Below, piece by piece: positions 30,822 through 42,546 of a stretch of DNA of 64,000 nt (position 1 is the stretch's first letter; each line of letters starts with the position of its first letter). The notes beneath the pieces were generated by a model, which saw only the letters and a program-made list of their open reading frames with translations, had not been told where the DNA came from and ran no database searches. Location of the stretch: the NCBI GenBank assembly GCA_963759005.1, contig CAVWXQ010000006.1, positions 17,020 through 81,019 of the forward strand, in the 5' to 3' direction. Made by a program: the position numbers and the translations under genes. The DNA is from an uncultured Gammaproteobacteria bacterium. Its GTDB lineage: Bacteria > Pseudomonadota > Gammaproteobacteria > SZUA-229.

Positions 30822-31495
30822 AACATGCAAATATTCTGGTTGTTGAAGATGATCCGGGTATACAGGATATGCTCAAATATTCTTTATCTGCAGAAGGCTA
30901 TACCATGCATTCTGCTTTTACAGTAAAAGAAGGCTGGGGAATAATCGAGAATAAAGCGATAGACCTGGTGTTACTTGACTGGATGTTACCGGATAACAGT
31001 GGTATTGATTTATTACACCGTATTCGAAAATACCATTCAGTATTGCCGGTAATCATGGTTACCGCCAAGGCTGAAGAAGATGACCGAATCCTGGGGCTTG
31101 ATGTTGGCGCAGATGATTACGTAACCAAACCTTTTTCCGTTCGTGAATTAAATTCAAGAATACAGGCTATTTTGCGACGAATTATGCCTGATGAGCAAGC
31201 TTTACAAATTGGTGATCTGTTTCTGGACCCGGCAAGTCATCGAGTAAAAGTTAAGGAAATGCCAGTAGAATTATCACCGACTGAATTTCGTTTATTACAT
31301 TATTTTATGTCACATACTGATCGAGTTTTTACTCGAGCACAGTTACTGGACCAGGTATGGGGAGCACAGGTTTATGTAGAGGAACGTACTGTTGATGTAC
31401 ATATCAGACGACTGCGTAAACAGCTTGCACCGTTTAATTTAGATTCACTATTACAGACAGTTCATGGAAGTGGCTATCGCTTCTCAAAACAGTAA
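30818..31495 (+). CDS. phoB: Phosphate regulon response regulator, OmpR family
   Basis: Receiver domain (D-D-K) plus a winged helix; overlaps the phoU stop. Confidence 0.9.
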   Translation: MKHANILVVEDDPGIQDMLKYSLSAEGYTMHSAFTVKEGWGIIENKAIDLVLLDWMLPDNSGIDLLHRIRKYHSVLPVIMVTAKAEEDDRILGLDVGADDYVTKPFSVRELNSRIQAILRRIMPDEQALQIGDLFLDPASHRVKVKEMPVELSPTEFRLLHYFMSHTDRVFTRAQLLDQVWGAQVYVEERTVDVHIRRLRKQLAPFNLDSLLQTVHGSGYRFSKQ

Positions 31496-31507
31496 TGGTT
31501 AGACAGT

Positions 31508-32791
31508 ATGACACTCAGCTTAAAGCGTGAACTAAGCCTGCTTGCTGCATGGATGGCCTTCCTGCTAATAATAGGCATAGTCAATGATTCAGTTGTTCTA
31601 TTTCTTTTTATTGGCTTACTGGTGTATGTGATATGGAATTTATATAATCTGAATAAACTAAGTAAATGGTTACTTAAACCATCAAAAAAAACGCCTGAAG
31701 TAATCGGTGTTTGGGATGATGTGTATTATCAGTTACATCATTTATACAAACGCCAACGCAAAGCCCGACGTAAGTTAACATCCATCCTCAATCGGTTTCA
31801 AAAATCAACACGGGCATTACCCTATGCCACCATCGTTTTAAATGAATTAAATGAAATCGAGTGGTTTAACCCGGCAGCAAAGCAGATGTTTGGATTACAC
31901 TCTGGCATTGATGTCGGTCAGCGTATTGACAATTTAATCCGTCAGCCCAGGTTCGTAAATTATCTGCTAAAAAAAGATTTTAAAAAGCCGCTTAAGTTTT
32001 CACTTACCCAGAAAGAAATAATTTTATCTATTACACCTTATGCTAGCGGCCAATATCTAATAAGCGCGCATGATGTTACATCACGTAGTCAACTTGATAA
32101 TATGCGACGCGATTTTATTTCTAATGCTTCTCACGAATTACGCACGCCGCTGACTGTTATAACTGGTTACATAGAATTTTTGCAACATAACGCTGATGAG
32201 AAATCAAAAATCCCTTTGCATAAGATTCAACAGCAAGCTGTGCGCATGAACAAAATTATTACTGAGTTAATTGAACTTGCAAGACTGGAATCATCTGCAG
32301 CCGTTGATTTTACAGTTGAAGTAGATACGAATACTTTATTAAATGAAGTCTATAACGAAGCGCTTTCTTTTGATCAAAATAAGCATCATATTAAATTAGC
32401 AATTGAAGCCGACGGCCCGAATAGCAAGCTGACTGTTAATTTGCATGGTAGCTATGACGAATTACGCATGGCGTTATCAAACTTGCTGACAAATGCCATA
32501 CGTTATACACCGGAAGAGGGTGAAATAAAGTTATTTGCTACGGTAAGTGATACCGGTCTTTCTATTGGCGTGCAGGACAGTGGTGACGGCATCAGTTACC
32601 AGCATATTCCTCGCTTAACTGAACGTTTTTATCGTGTTGATGCCGGCCGTTCCAGAGAACGGGGCGGTACCGGACTTGGCCTGGCCATTGTCAAGCATGT
32701 GCTTGACCGTCACCACGCAAACTTGCAAATACAAAGTGAAGTTGGCAAAGGCAGCACTTTTCGTTGTGACTTCCCGGTAGCGCACACATAA
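31508..32791 (+). CDS. phoR: Phosphate regulon sensor histidine kinase
   Basis: PAS, HisKA (SHELRTPL) and HATPase_c domains. Confidence 0.9.
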   Translation: MTLSLKRELSLLAAWMAFLLIIGIVNDSVVLFLFIGLLVYVIWNLYNLNKLSKWLLKPSKKTPEVIGVWDDVYYQLHHLYKRQRKARRKLTSILNRFQKSTRALPYATIVLNELNEIEWFNPAAKQMFGLHSGIDVGQRIDNLIRQPRFVNYLLKKDFKKPLKFSLTQKEIILSITPYASGQYLISAHDVTSRSQLDNMRRDFISNASHELRTPLTVITGYIEFLQHNADEKSKIPLHKIQQQAVRMNKIITELIELARLESSAAVDFTVEVDTNTLLNEVYNEALSFDQNKHHIKLAIEADGPNSKLTVNLHGSYDELRMALSNLLTNAIRYTPEEGEIKLFATVSDTGLSIGVQDSGDGISYQHIPRLTERFYRVDAGRSRERGGTGLGLAIVKHVLDRHHANLQIQSEVGKGSTFRCDFPVAHT

Positions 32792-32867
32792 TTAAAAGGT
32801 TAGGTCTTTCTATAAAGCTTTTTATCCCAAGGTCTGTTCTGTAATTACGAATGATCCTTTAACAATA

Positions 32868-32897
32868 TTGTAATAACTGCTGACATATTAGCGTCAT
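32868..32897 (+). promoter_or_regulatory. Pho-box-like repeat upstream of pstS
   Basis: TTGTAAT-AACTG-CTGACAT-ATTA-GCGTCAT, with an additional CTGTTCTGTAAT at 32834. Confidence 0.45.
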
Positions 32898-32947
32898 AAC
32901 TTTCACCGAGAATATTCATACTTAATTTAACTAGAGTTGAAAAAAAT

Positions 32948-33937
32948 ATGAGACATAAACGTATTACATGCAGGCTGAACACAGCTTTAACAGGTTCATT
33001 ACTGGGTATTGGCTTATTGCTGTCAGGCAGTTCTTCAGCTGTATCCGTTGATGAAGGCATAGCTGAATATAAAGCAGTCAGTGGCATATCGGGTAACTTA
33101 TCCAGCGTCGGTTCTGATACGCTGGCAAACCTGATGACTTTATGGGCTGAGGCATTCAAGCGTTCTTACCCGAATGTGAATATTCAGATACAGGCGGCGG
33201 GTTCATCTACTGCACCGCCAGCGTTAACAGAAGCAACCTCTAGTTTTGGCCCGATGAGCCGTAAGATGAAATCAAAAGAAATTGCTGCTTTTGAAGATCG
33301 TTATGGTTATAAACCAACGGCTATTCCTGTCGCTATTGATGCATTGGCTGTATATGTCAATAAAGATAATCCTGTAAAAGGTATGTCTATTCCAGATGTT
33401 GATGCGGTATTTTCATCAACCAGAAAATGTGGAAATGATAAAGACATTAGCAAATGGGGTGATCTGGGATTGTCAGGTAACTGGAGTAACCGTGATATCC
33501 AGATCTACGGTCGTAACTCGGTATCAGGCACCTATGGTTACTTCAAAAAGAAAGCACTGTGTAAGGGCGACTATAAAAACAATGTAAATGAGCAGCCTGG
33601 CTCAGCATCCGTTGTTCAGTCTGTATCAAGCTCGGTAAATGGTATTGGTTATTCTGGTATTGGCTATAAAACATCCGGCGTGCGTGCGGTACCTTTGACT
33701 AAAAAAGCAGGTGGAAAATTAATCGAAGCGACGCCAGATAACGCAGTAGCAGGAACCTACCCGCTGTCACGTTTTCTTTATGTCTATGTTAACAAGCATC
33801 CTAACAAGGAATTAGCACCACTGGAAAAAGAATTTATTAAACTTGTTCTTTCTCAGCAAGGCCAGGAAGTTGTTATTAAAGACGGTTATATCCCTTTACC
33901 TGCAGAAGTGGTAAAAAAATACCTGGGAAATATTTAG
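32948..33937 (+). CDS. pstS: Phosphate-binding periplasmic protein PstS
   Basis: Signal peptide and PstS-like sequence ([11 protein letters not shown]). Confidence 0.9.
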   Translation: MRHKRITCRLNTALTGSLLGIGLLLSGSSSAVSVDEGIAEYKAVSGISGNLSSVGSDTLANLMTLWAEAFKRSYPNVNIQIQAAGSSTAPPALTEATSSFGPMSRKMKSKEIAAFEDRYGYKPTAIPVAIDALAVYVNKDNPVKGMSIPDVDAVFSSTRKCGNDKDISKWGDLGLSGNWSNRDIQIYGRNSVSGTYGYFKKKALCKGDYKNNVNEQPGSASVVQSVSSSVNGIGYSGIGYKTSGVRAVPLTKKAGGKLIEATPDNAVAGTYPLSRFLYVYVNKHPNKELAPLEKEFIKLVLSQQGQEVVIKDGYIPLPAEVVKKYLGNI

Positions 33938-34116
33938 AGAGCCTTGCACGATGTGGATTTTTCGTCATGGCAAGGCAAGCATTGTCGAAAAAGCGCAGTT
34001 TACAAGTAGTAAATGAGCATTTTGAGACTATTTTTAACGCCGCCATGGCGGAAAAGATGCTTCGTGTAAAGTTCTCTAGTAGAAAAAAGTTAATTTAATC
34101 GATTTAATTTAAAGAT

Positions 34117-34146
34117 GATTTAAATAAATGCCGTGCATGCCCGGCA
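34117..34146 (+). terminator. Rho-independent terminator after pstS
   Basis: aatgccg-tgcatgcc-cggcatt stem followed by a T-run. Confidence 0.65.
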
Positions 34147-34887
34147 TTTTTTATTTTTCCAATAAGATAAAAGCAAGAGCGATGCGCTATCGTAGGATGA
34201 ACCATTTCCACCTGGCTAAATGTACGAGTAGTTGACACCAGGTACGCACGGGGCGCTCTGCTATTCATCAAATAGTTACATGATGGATCTGGGCAGGCGT
34301 TGGCGCAGATTAATATTTAGCTCAATCATTCTGTCACAAACATCAGTTTTAAATGATTTCGAAATATTGGAACCATGTAACCTTTTCATGGTGAGCTAAT
34401 GAGTATGTTTACTATGTACAGAGTGCATCGTTTAATGTTGGCAGAACTATTCATTTATATATCTATAATTAATTCAGTCTGCCATTGAGTCTGCCATCAG
34501 CGACAGGTTTAACATGTCATGTGCGACAGGAAATGATACCTGAAATGACAGTTATATTAGAATATTATTATCCGGTTTTAATCTGGTCGTATGGCATGTA
34601 TTTTAATTATTTTTTTACAGTGTAAATAAAATCGACGGTTTTTGTCTGGCAATGGCGCGTTTACGTTAAGTAAACCTATGTCTCTTGTTAAAAAAATCGA
34701 CGGTTTTAAGTTAGAAACTAGAAGAGATATACTCTTTATTGTCATGATTTAAATAAATATAAATTGTTTTTATTTGTCCTTATTAAGGCTATTTGTTACG
34801 CTGAATTAATATGTTGTCAGAAAATTGACATTCGTCACTTTTCGGTGCTATATTTCCCGTCAATTAAGTAATGATGTTACTTAACTT

Positions 34888-35320
34888 ACCTAAATGTCAG
34901 TCGGGGTTCTTCTGGCTGTAAAAGAAATTCAAGGATTTTTAACATGGACATGGATCTATTTATCATGGATTTTTTTATCATAAATATAATTTGAGGAATT
35001 GTTTTCCTCTTATTTAATAGTACCTAAATGTCAGTCGGGGTTCTTCTGGCTGTAAAAGAAATTCAAGGATTTTTAACGTGGACATGGACATATTTAACAT
35101 GGACATGGATCTATTTATCATGGATTTTTTTATCATAAATATAATTTGAGGAATTGTTTTCCTCTTATTTAATAGTACCTAAATGTCAGTCGGGGTTCTT
35201 CTGGCTGTAAAAGAAATTCAAGGATTTTTAACATGGACATGGATATATTTAACATGGACATGGATTTATTTATCACGGATTTATAATAAACATAATTTTG
35301 AGGAATTGTTTTCCTCTATG
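34888..35320. repeat. Three tandem copies of a 134- to 155-bp AT-rich repeat inside a 1.4-kb non-coding leader
   Basis: Units start at 34888, 35022 and 35177. Each contains sub-repeats aacatggacatggat and a gaggaattgttttcctc hairpin. The second unit has a 24-bp internal duplication. Confidence 0.85.
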
Positions 35321-35399
35321 AGTATGGTTATGGCAAAAAGTTTGTGATGTTAATAAATTTTTATAAATTAACTAAAAACAATATTAATGAGGATGTGAG

Positions 35400-38300
35400 A
35401 ATGTTTATAAACACTCTGAAACAATTTCTCCGAAAAGCGACTTTTCTAACTGCTGCTGGTGCAATTATTTTTGCAACAGCAATGGTTACTTCTGTTGATG
35501 CAAGGGCCGGAGATATAGATATAGACCGCGCAAGCTGGAGCAACGACCGTGATCGACTGACAGTGCGTGGTGACAATGCACGAGATAACGATACCGTTAC
35601 TATCAGGTATGGTAAAAAAGAAGATAATGGTGTCGTGATTGGCACTACTCAGGCGGACGGTGATGGTGATTGGGAGTTTCGTATCTCTGCTATCGATCCA
35701 GTGCCGTGTGATGTAACCGCAGTAGACAGTCGCGACGACGATGATAAGGAAGTACGACGTGCACCAAGAGACTGTAGCAACGACGGTGGAGCACCACCAG
35801 CTGCGCAGTGTAACGATGGTATTGATAATGATGGCGATGGACTGACAGATTTTCCAGCTGATCCCGGATGTACGGATGTCAACGACAACGATGAGTTCAA
35901 TGCACCGCCACAACAAGATGCACAGTGTAACGATGGCCTCGATAACGATGGCGATGGCCTGACCGATTTTCCGGCTGATCCCGGATGTACGGATGTCAAC
36001 GACAACGATGAATTCAATGCACCGCCACAACAAGATGTGCAGTGTAACGATGGCATCGATAACGATAACGATGGTCTGACCGATTTTCCGGCTGATCCCG
36101 GATGTGTGGATGCTAACGACAATGATGAAATTGATCCTGTCGCGGTGAACTGTACGCCGCTTACCGGTAAATCCATTAACTCTACCAGCCAGACAGGTTG
36201 TGCAGAACAGGATGTACCCGAGGTTGCCACACTGCTAAATGGCAATTTCCGTGTATTAGCCATCAACGACCTGGGTATGCACTGTGGTGATTACGATACC
36301 CGTATCTCCAGTATCCTGCCACCATTCCAGGTACTGCTAGGCCAGGTGATCCAGCGCGGCGCTACGCCAACGTTGAACCCGGAGGGAGTGAGCCTGTCGT
36401 ACTCTGCGACTTCTAACTCGCAAGATCCTGTCCTGAATCGGATCGGAGCTATACGCGGCCTGAATGACGATGGTACCACTTACAAGACTAACTTCTGGGA
36501 TGCGGTTGCAGGCGGTGCTTATGATCCGTTCTACCCGGCCATTGTTACACCGTTGCTTAATGGACCGTTCCCGGTCATCGCGGACATCGGCCTGCCGGTA
36601 CCCAATGTGGAAGAGCTCTACATCGGTGCAGACGGTGTGGTCAACAGCGGCGACGAGACTCTCAGCGCAGTGCAGCACACCATGCCAGGGCTGAACAACC
36701 CATACTGTCCTCAACGATCCAAAGACGGTCAACGAGCACTATGGCGACAAGCCCTTCTTCGTTAACTTCCCGTTCGGTTATGTAGCTGAGAATGTGAACT
36801 GGTACGAAGGTGCAGGCGTTCCGTTAGCCGCTTATGATGATTTCGGTTATGAGAACTCCTACCCACTGGTTCGCGTTGAAGCCAAGCAGGGCAACACCAC
36901 TGTTGCCACGATTGATACCGTGCTGCCAATCTCCGGTGAGGCAAGCTGCATCAACTGTCACTCCGATCCAGCCGACGTGCAGACCAGCCGTACCAGTCAA
37001 CCAACTGATACGCTGGTTACTGCCGGACTGCCGGTGGCAGTAAGTCTGGATGATCCGGACCAGAACCTGCCTATTGACGTCAGCACCGAATATGCAGCGG
37101 ACATCAACATCCTGCGTTTGCACGATCTGAAACATGGTGCGAACTATGTGGACACCGCTGGTAGCATCAACACCGTGTGACGTTACTGCCAATGCGGGCA
37201 ACGGCGATGCCAACTGCCTGATTAACAAGGCGCTGGTGCAGGGCGAACCGGCGGTCTGTCAGACGTGTCACTACACCCCGGCGCTTGATCTTGCGCAGGT
37301 TGGTCCTGTAGCCGGTGCTGTTGGTACCGATGCCAATGGACGTAACCAGGTGGCGCATTCAAGTAACTCCAACGTAATGCACAGCCACCACGGTGGTCTT
37401 GGTAACCTGTTCCCGCCAATGCCGGCACCGATTCAGAACGGCTGATGGTACTATCACCAACCAGACCGATCGTCTGGCGGTGTTAGAAGATACCTGTTAC
37501 CAGTGTCACCCGGGCACCACCTCGCAGTGTCTGCGTGGCGCGATGTTCAACGGTGGCATGCTGTGTAACGACTGCCATGGCAGCATGGAGCAGGTCGGTG
37601 CTGACTTCTCCGCTGGTGTCTCTCCACAGAACCCGGGTGCGTTTGTGCTGGGCGGCAACTTCTATGACCCTAACGACCCGCAACCGCGTGTGCCATGGGC
37701 CAACGAGCCGGGTTGTGGTTCATGCCATACCGGTGACGTCCGCGACAACATGGCGGGTACAGCCAATACTATAGCCAATACACGTGATGTAGACGGCAAC
37801 GTCGACAATCTGCGTCTGCGCGTGGCGTACGTAGCGGATCCGAATGACCCGACGGTCAATCCGAAGGCCGCGCCTATCGTACCTACCAACAAGCGCTTTG
37901 CTGAGCCAGCCGTTCCGGCTACGTTTACTAACGCTGACGGCAGTACGTTTGCCAACCCGGGTGCGGGTAATCCGCAGCTGTACCGGGTGAGTACCGGTCA
38001 CGGTGGTGTCATGTGTGAAGGCTGTCATGGTGCAACCCATGCGGAATGGCCAAATGCCAATCCGGCATCCAACGACAATGTCACGGCAGATCAGTTCCAG
38101 GGTCACACCGGCCCTATTATCGAGTGCGGCGAGTGTCATACCGACATCAACGCTCTGGGTACTAACGGTTCTACCAACAGCCTGCAGGGACCACACGGCA
38201 TGCATGTAGTGGGTAACACAAGCTTCGCTGACGGTGGCCATCAATCAAACCTCAATCGCAATGCCTGTCGCGACTGTCATGGTCAGAACGGTGAAGGTTC

Positions 38301-38403
38301 GGTGTTATCACGCACTGCCGCTGACCGTAACCTGCCGGATGTTGGTTTTGTGGCTAAAGGTACACCTATCACCTGTGATATGTGTCACGGACAGGAGCTG
38401 TAA
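35400..38403 (+). pseudogene. Secreted fusion of thrombospondin-type-3-like repeats with a nonahaem cytochrome c domain, roughly 1000 aa, interrupted by three frameshifts
   Basis: Signal peptide MFINTLKQFLRKATFLTAAGAIIFATAMVTSVDA. There are three roughly 40-aa repeats QCNDG.DNDGDGLTDFPADPGC.D.NDNDEFNAPPQQD that are near-identical at the DNA level. Nine CxxCH motifs run across frames (CINCH, CQTCH, CYQCH, CNDCH, CGSCH, CEGCH, CGECH, CRDCH, CDMCH). The frame switches near 36700, 37150 and 37425. Confidence 0.8.
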
Positions 38404-38440
38404 CAGCTAAACTGACGGCAGGACGCTGTCTTTAATCAAA

Positions 38441-38471
38441 GGCCTCACCGGGAAACCGGTGGGGCCTTTTT
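38441..38471 (+). terminator. Rho-independent terminator
   Basis: ggcctcaccgg-gaaa-ccggtggggcc stem followed by T5. Confidence 0.75.
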
Positions 38472-38650
38472 ATGTACAGGATGTACGGTATGCCGCGGGC
38501 GCATGGATGCGCAGGAGCGGTGAATGTACAGGATGTACGGTATGCCGCGGGCGCATGGATGCGCAGGAGCGGTGAATGTCAGGATGTACGGTATGCCGCG
38601 GGCGCATGGATGCGCAGGAGCGGTGAATGTCAGGATGTACGGTATGTCTA
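38463..38650. repeat. Roughly 3.3 tandem copies of a 57-bp R1-family unit
   Basis: caggatgtacggtatgccgcgggcgcatggatgcgcaggagcggtgaatgt(a) repeated. Confidence 0.85.
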
Positions 38651-38865
38651 AAAGAGCCATGGATGGAGGTGAGACGAATGCCAATTTATGGGAGGTATAC
38701 TCTTGCCTAAGAGTCAGAACGGCTTAAAGACAGTAATAAACGAGTGTATAGAGATATCTGGGATGCTCAATGCATTATTTTCTTTCATAAACCTAAAAAA
38801 ATCAGTTAACCCTACCGAGTTGATAAAACAGGCATAAATTCTGCTTTTTTGTCTCCCGCCTAGTT

Positions 38866-40416
38866 TTACCCCGATTCAGGTGCTAACTTTTGTGCATAAT
38901 CAGCCACTGAGTCAGCAAATTCATCCATTATTTTTGCCAATATTTGTTCCCAACAGGATGTAGATGTTAACTGCGGAGCAGTTGATTTTAACGTGGCAAA
39001 AAATGTGGACAACCGCTTATAGCTTGCCTGGATATGTTTTAATCTACCGTGGCTACTGGTGACGACCATGCGCTTCTGGCGACCCGATTGTGTGAGCCTA
39101 CCAATGCTGGTTAACATTAATGGTCGACTGGTGATGGCTTCTAATCTTTTGCCGGGGTTGGCTAGCCGGACAAATAAACTCCACCAGTTGTAAACCAATG
39201 CGATGATTCGGGATATGAGCTGGCAACTTGTTAGATCTTGTGTGGTAAAGCCAGCCCATCCCCATTGGTTTTTCATTTCATCAAACGTATTTTCACAATC
39301 GGCTCGGTCTCTGTAGTGTTGAAGGATGGTGATTTCTTCATCTTGTAAACTGGTGACAAGCACGGCGTATTCATACGCACGTATATCTTCAGGGCCATCG
39401 ATAAATGCCAGCTGTTTCTGGTTGTTTACTTCGTATTCCATGCCAATGATACTGTCACTGTTGAGGCGTCTGCGGACAATGACAACACGTCTTGTTTTTT
39501 CCCAGCTTTGTAATTGTAAAGTATCTGATTTCACCTCCCAGCCTTCATTGAAATAATTCCACTCACCGAGGCAATGGTGCTTGTATATGAGTTCTTTTAC
39601 GTACTTTGATTTTTTAAGCTTGAACAAATAGTCCTGCTTTCTTGTTTCTAACTGGGTCATCACATGATCACTGCCCCAGTCACAATCACCACGCACAAAA
39701 CGGGGCTGGCAATCATCAGGAAGCCTGTCAAGTAAACGGATCAATCCGGGCAGTGAGTAGGAGGATTGCGTTTGTATACCTGACTGGACTTCAACTTCAA
39801 GAACTAACCTCAGATTGCTCATCATGTAAGTATGATACGTATGAGAGGGTCGGCCAGGCTTGTGTGGATTGTAACCAATGTCAGCGCCTTGCTGGTGGCC
39901 GTAAAGCGGTTTAACGGTCACATCAGTATCTAATATCCATGGCTTTTTTAGCAATGGTTCATAACTGATTTGCAGGTGTTTTTGTAACCATTGTATGCCG
40001 TCACTTTCCTCAATCTTTTTTAATGCACGCCGAGCGGAATCATCGCTGACTATTTTACTCATGCCCAATAACCCACAATTAACTTTATCGTTAAGCAGGC
40101 TTGTTATATGTGAATAACGTTTGTGCCCTGACAATACTGATAATAAAAAAGTACCCAGTATGTCAATTTTTTCCGGCGCATTGTTACTTTTGTAAATCAA
40201 AGGACAATCATTCACCCAAGGCGTGAATAAATGGCCAATTTTTAAAAACTCGATAAAAAAAGGCAATTGACCAAGAGGGGTAACGGCAGCATCTGGATCC
40301 CATTCTACAAATACTTTCCCATCAAAGGTTTCGACTTCTATCGCTTGTGAAAGTGCTTTTTTGGGTGGGTTTGTGACTTCACCTTGTGGATGAATGATTG
40401 CAGGAGGTAAAACCAT
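38866..40416 (-). mobile_element. IS1380-family DDE transposase gene (insertion sequence)
   Basis: 516 aa with GYNPHKPGRPSHTYH and RADCENTFDEMKNQ blocks typical of IS1380-family transposases. The IS ends were not resolved. Confidence 0.75.
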
Positions 40417-40957
40417 TAATTTTCTCTCTGGAGTCAGGTAGTTATAGCTTTATACTCTCTTTTAACTGATTTTTTAAGGATAAAGATATAAAAGAGCGAC
40501 TGAATGCCGCTTTTTTTGTATACCCTGTGACTAAAGAGGGGGGGCTTTTAGTCCCTTTTCTAGTCCAGCAACTTTAAGCCAGTGGTGGTTAAGTTTTTTT
40601 TAAGGTTTGGCAGTATTTTTTTCATTATAATCTTGCGTAGTATATGAAAACGATATTTTTCGCTTAGCATGCTTGGTGATCAGAAGTGCATAGGGGCATC
40701 GGGATGGATGTTTCTATGCGTTTTTTTACTTACATATAAACAGTATATTACCTGTCTGGTCCGAAAATCCTTCAGAGAAAACGCCTGACTCAACCCTGCT
40801 TTCTGCATTTGACATCCATGGATGAAGGCAATGCAGCTGGATTATAGGGACAATCCTTGCCATGCAGTCGTGTGCTTAAAAGTCAGCAAAACTCTATGGT
40901 GATTAATTAGAGTGACCTTGATCAGTTTTCATTGCATCTAATCTAATCTAATCTGGT

Positions 40958-41501
40958 TTATTGTTTAGTGCTGTCAGCTTTTCCAGTCTCTTTGATGAGT
41001 TTTTTTATTTGATTAATAATCTGCTCATCATTCCAGTCAGGATTGCCGCGCAAGCGGTAGCGAGTATGGCCTTCACCATCAAGCAGAAAACTGGTGGGCA
41101 GTATTTTAATGTCCCAGCTGTGGAAGACTTTACTGGATGGGTCGAGGAGTACCGGCAAATTGAAATTCATTCGTTTTGCAAAGTGTTTCACCTTGTCTTT
41201 CGCCTTCACCGACATTGAGTGCAAGGATCTCAAATGGCTGGTCAGCCAGTTGCTTTTTAAGTTGTGTTAGATCTGGCATTTCCTCAACGCAGGGTAAGCA
41301 CCAGCTTGCCCAGAAGTTCACTAACACCACCTTGCCTCTGTAGTCCGACAGTGAGTGTGTCTGTCCTTTGAGATCGGGCAGGTTGAATTGTTTATCAACA
41401 GCACCGGTATATGGCTCCAGCTGTTCACCATAAACCAGTAATGGTGATAACAGGCAAGCCAGCATTAACATGGTCGAACTTTTTAATGTTCTGTATTTCA
41501 C
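40958..41501 (-). pseudogene. Second TlpA/ResA-like thioredoxin (paralogue of 13080..13613) with a frameshift near 41200
   Basis: The N-terminal part carries WASWCLPC. The C-terminal part (KVKHFAKRMNFNLPVLLDP...LLDGEG) continues in another frame. Confidence 0.65.
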
Positions 41502-41540
41502 TATACTAATAACCAGATTCGATAATTAAGTTAAACCGGG

Positions 41541-42546
41541 TTAACCGCCGGTCATGCTCATCAAACGAACAACCTGGTCAGGTTTATCTTTAAATTCGTG
41601 TTTTTCTGGTTTTTGCCTGATTGCATCTATCAGAACATTTTTTAATTCATCGTCACTAATTCCATTGCGTAACAGCGGACGTAATTCAACTTTGTCATCC
41701 TGCCCCAGGCACAGATAAAGTGTGCCATCGACTGATAAACGCACGCGGTTACAGGTCTCGCAAAAATGCTGTGAAATAGGAGTAATAAAGCCAATGCGTA
41801 AATTCGTGTTTTTAATTTGAACGTATCGAGCAGGTCCGCCACCGGACATGACACCGGTAATAAACTCATAACTTTTAGACAATTGCTTCTTAACAGTCTG
41901 TAAGTCGAGGTAGTGGTCTGTCGCATCGTTAGCCGGTAGCGCCCATAGGCATGGTTTCGATAAAGCGTAAAGTAAAATCATGTTCCAGACAAAATTCAAT
42001 CATGTCTGCAAATTCATCATCATTAATGCCTTTCATGGCAACCATGTTGATTTTGATGGGTGAAAAACCTGTCTGTTTTGCTGCCATTAAGCCATCTAGC
42101 ACCGGTTGTAGCTGACCACCAGTAATAGTTTTAAACCTTTCCGCCTGTAAACTATCCAGACTGACATTGATTCTTGAAACACCGGCGTTTTGTAAAGCGT
42201 TTGCCTGTTTATCAAGTAACACCGCGTTGGTGCTGAGTGATAAATCGTTCAGACCGGGCAGGGCGGTAAGACGTTGTGATAGTTCAGCAACGTTTTTTCT
42301 AAGCAGCGGTTCGCCACCCGTAAGTCTGACTCGGGCAACGCCAAGTTCGGTGAAGGCTTTTATAATGCGTTCAATTTCATCAAAAGTGAGCCAGTGCTCA
42401 GGCTGTTCAAAATCCCTGAAGCCTTTGGGCATGCAGTAGAAACAACGTAAATTACATTTATCCGTTACTGATAGACGCAGATACTCTATTCGACGGCCGA
42501 AAGGGTCGATGAGTGCAGCGTCGTTTTGTGTGCCTGTGTTATTCAT
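41541..42546 (-). pseudogene. moaA: GTP 3',8-cyclase MoaA (radical SAM) with a single frameshift near 41935
   Basis: CNLRCFYC radical-SAM motif in the N-terminal part and GVMSGGGPARY...FCETCNRVRL in the C-terminal part. The two ORFs overlap at 41929-41999 in different frames. Confidence 0.8.

Noticed and set aside
35361-36732. Long antisense ORFs (195, 205 and 131 aa) opposite the cytochrome fusion gene.
   Set aside because: They are low-complexity Ser/Cys-rich reverse translations of the Asp/Asn-rich repeat region. They have no start context and are wholly contained in a gene with clear domain content on the other strand.
34888-38650. The possibility that the tandem repeats at 34888-35320 or 38463-38650 are CRISPR arrays.
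   Set aside because: The units abut directly with no unique spacers, and the unit lengths (about 135 and 57 bp) do not fit a repeat-spacer architecture. No cas genes are present.
38840-40560. An attempt to define IS1380 terminal inverted repeats and a target-site duplication.
   Set aside because: No convincing inverted repeat was found by eye between the two flanks. There is only a weak direct similarity, GCTTTTTTGT...CCC, at 38843 and 40516. The ends are left unresolved rather than invented.
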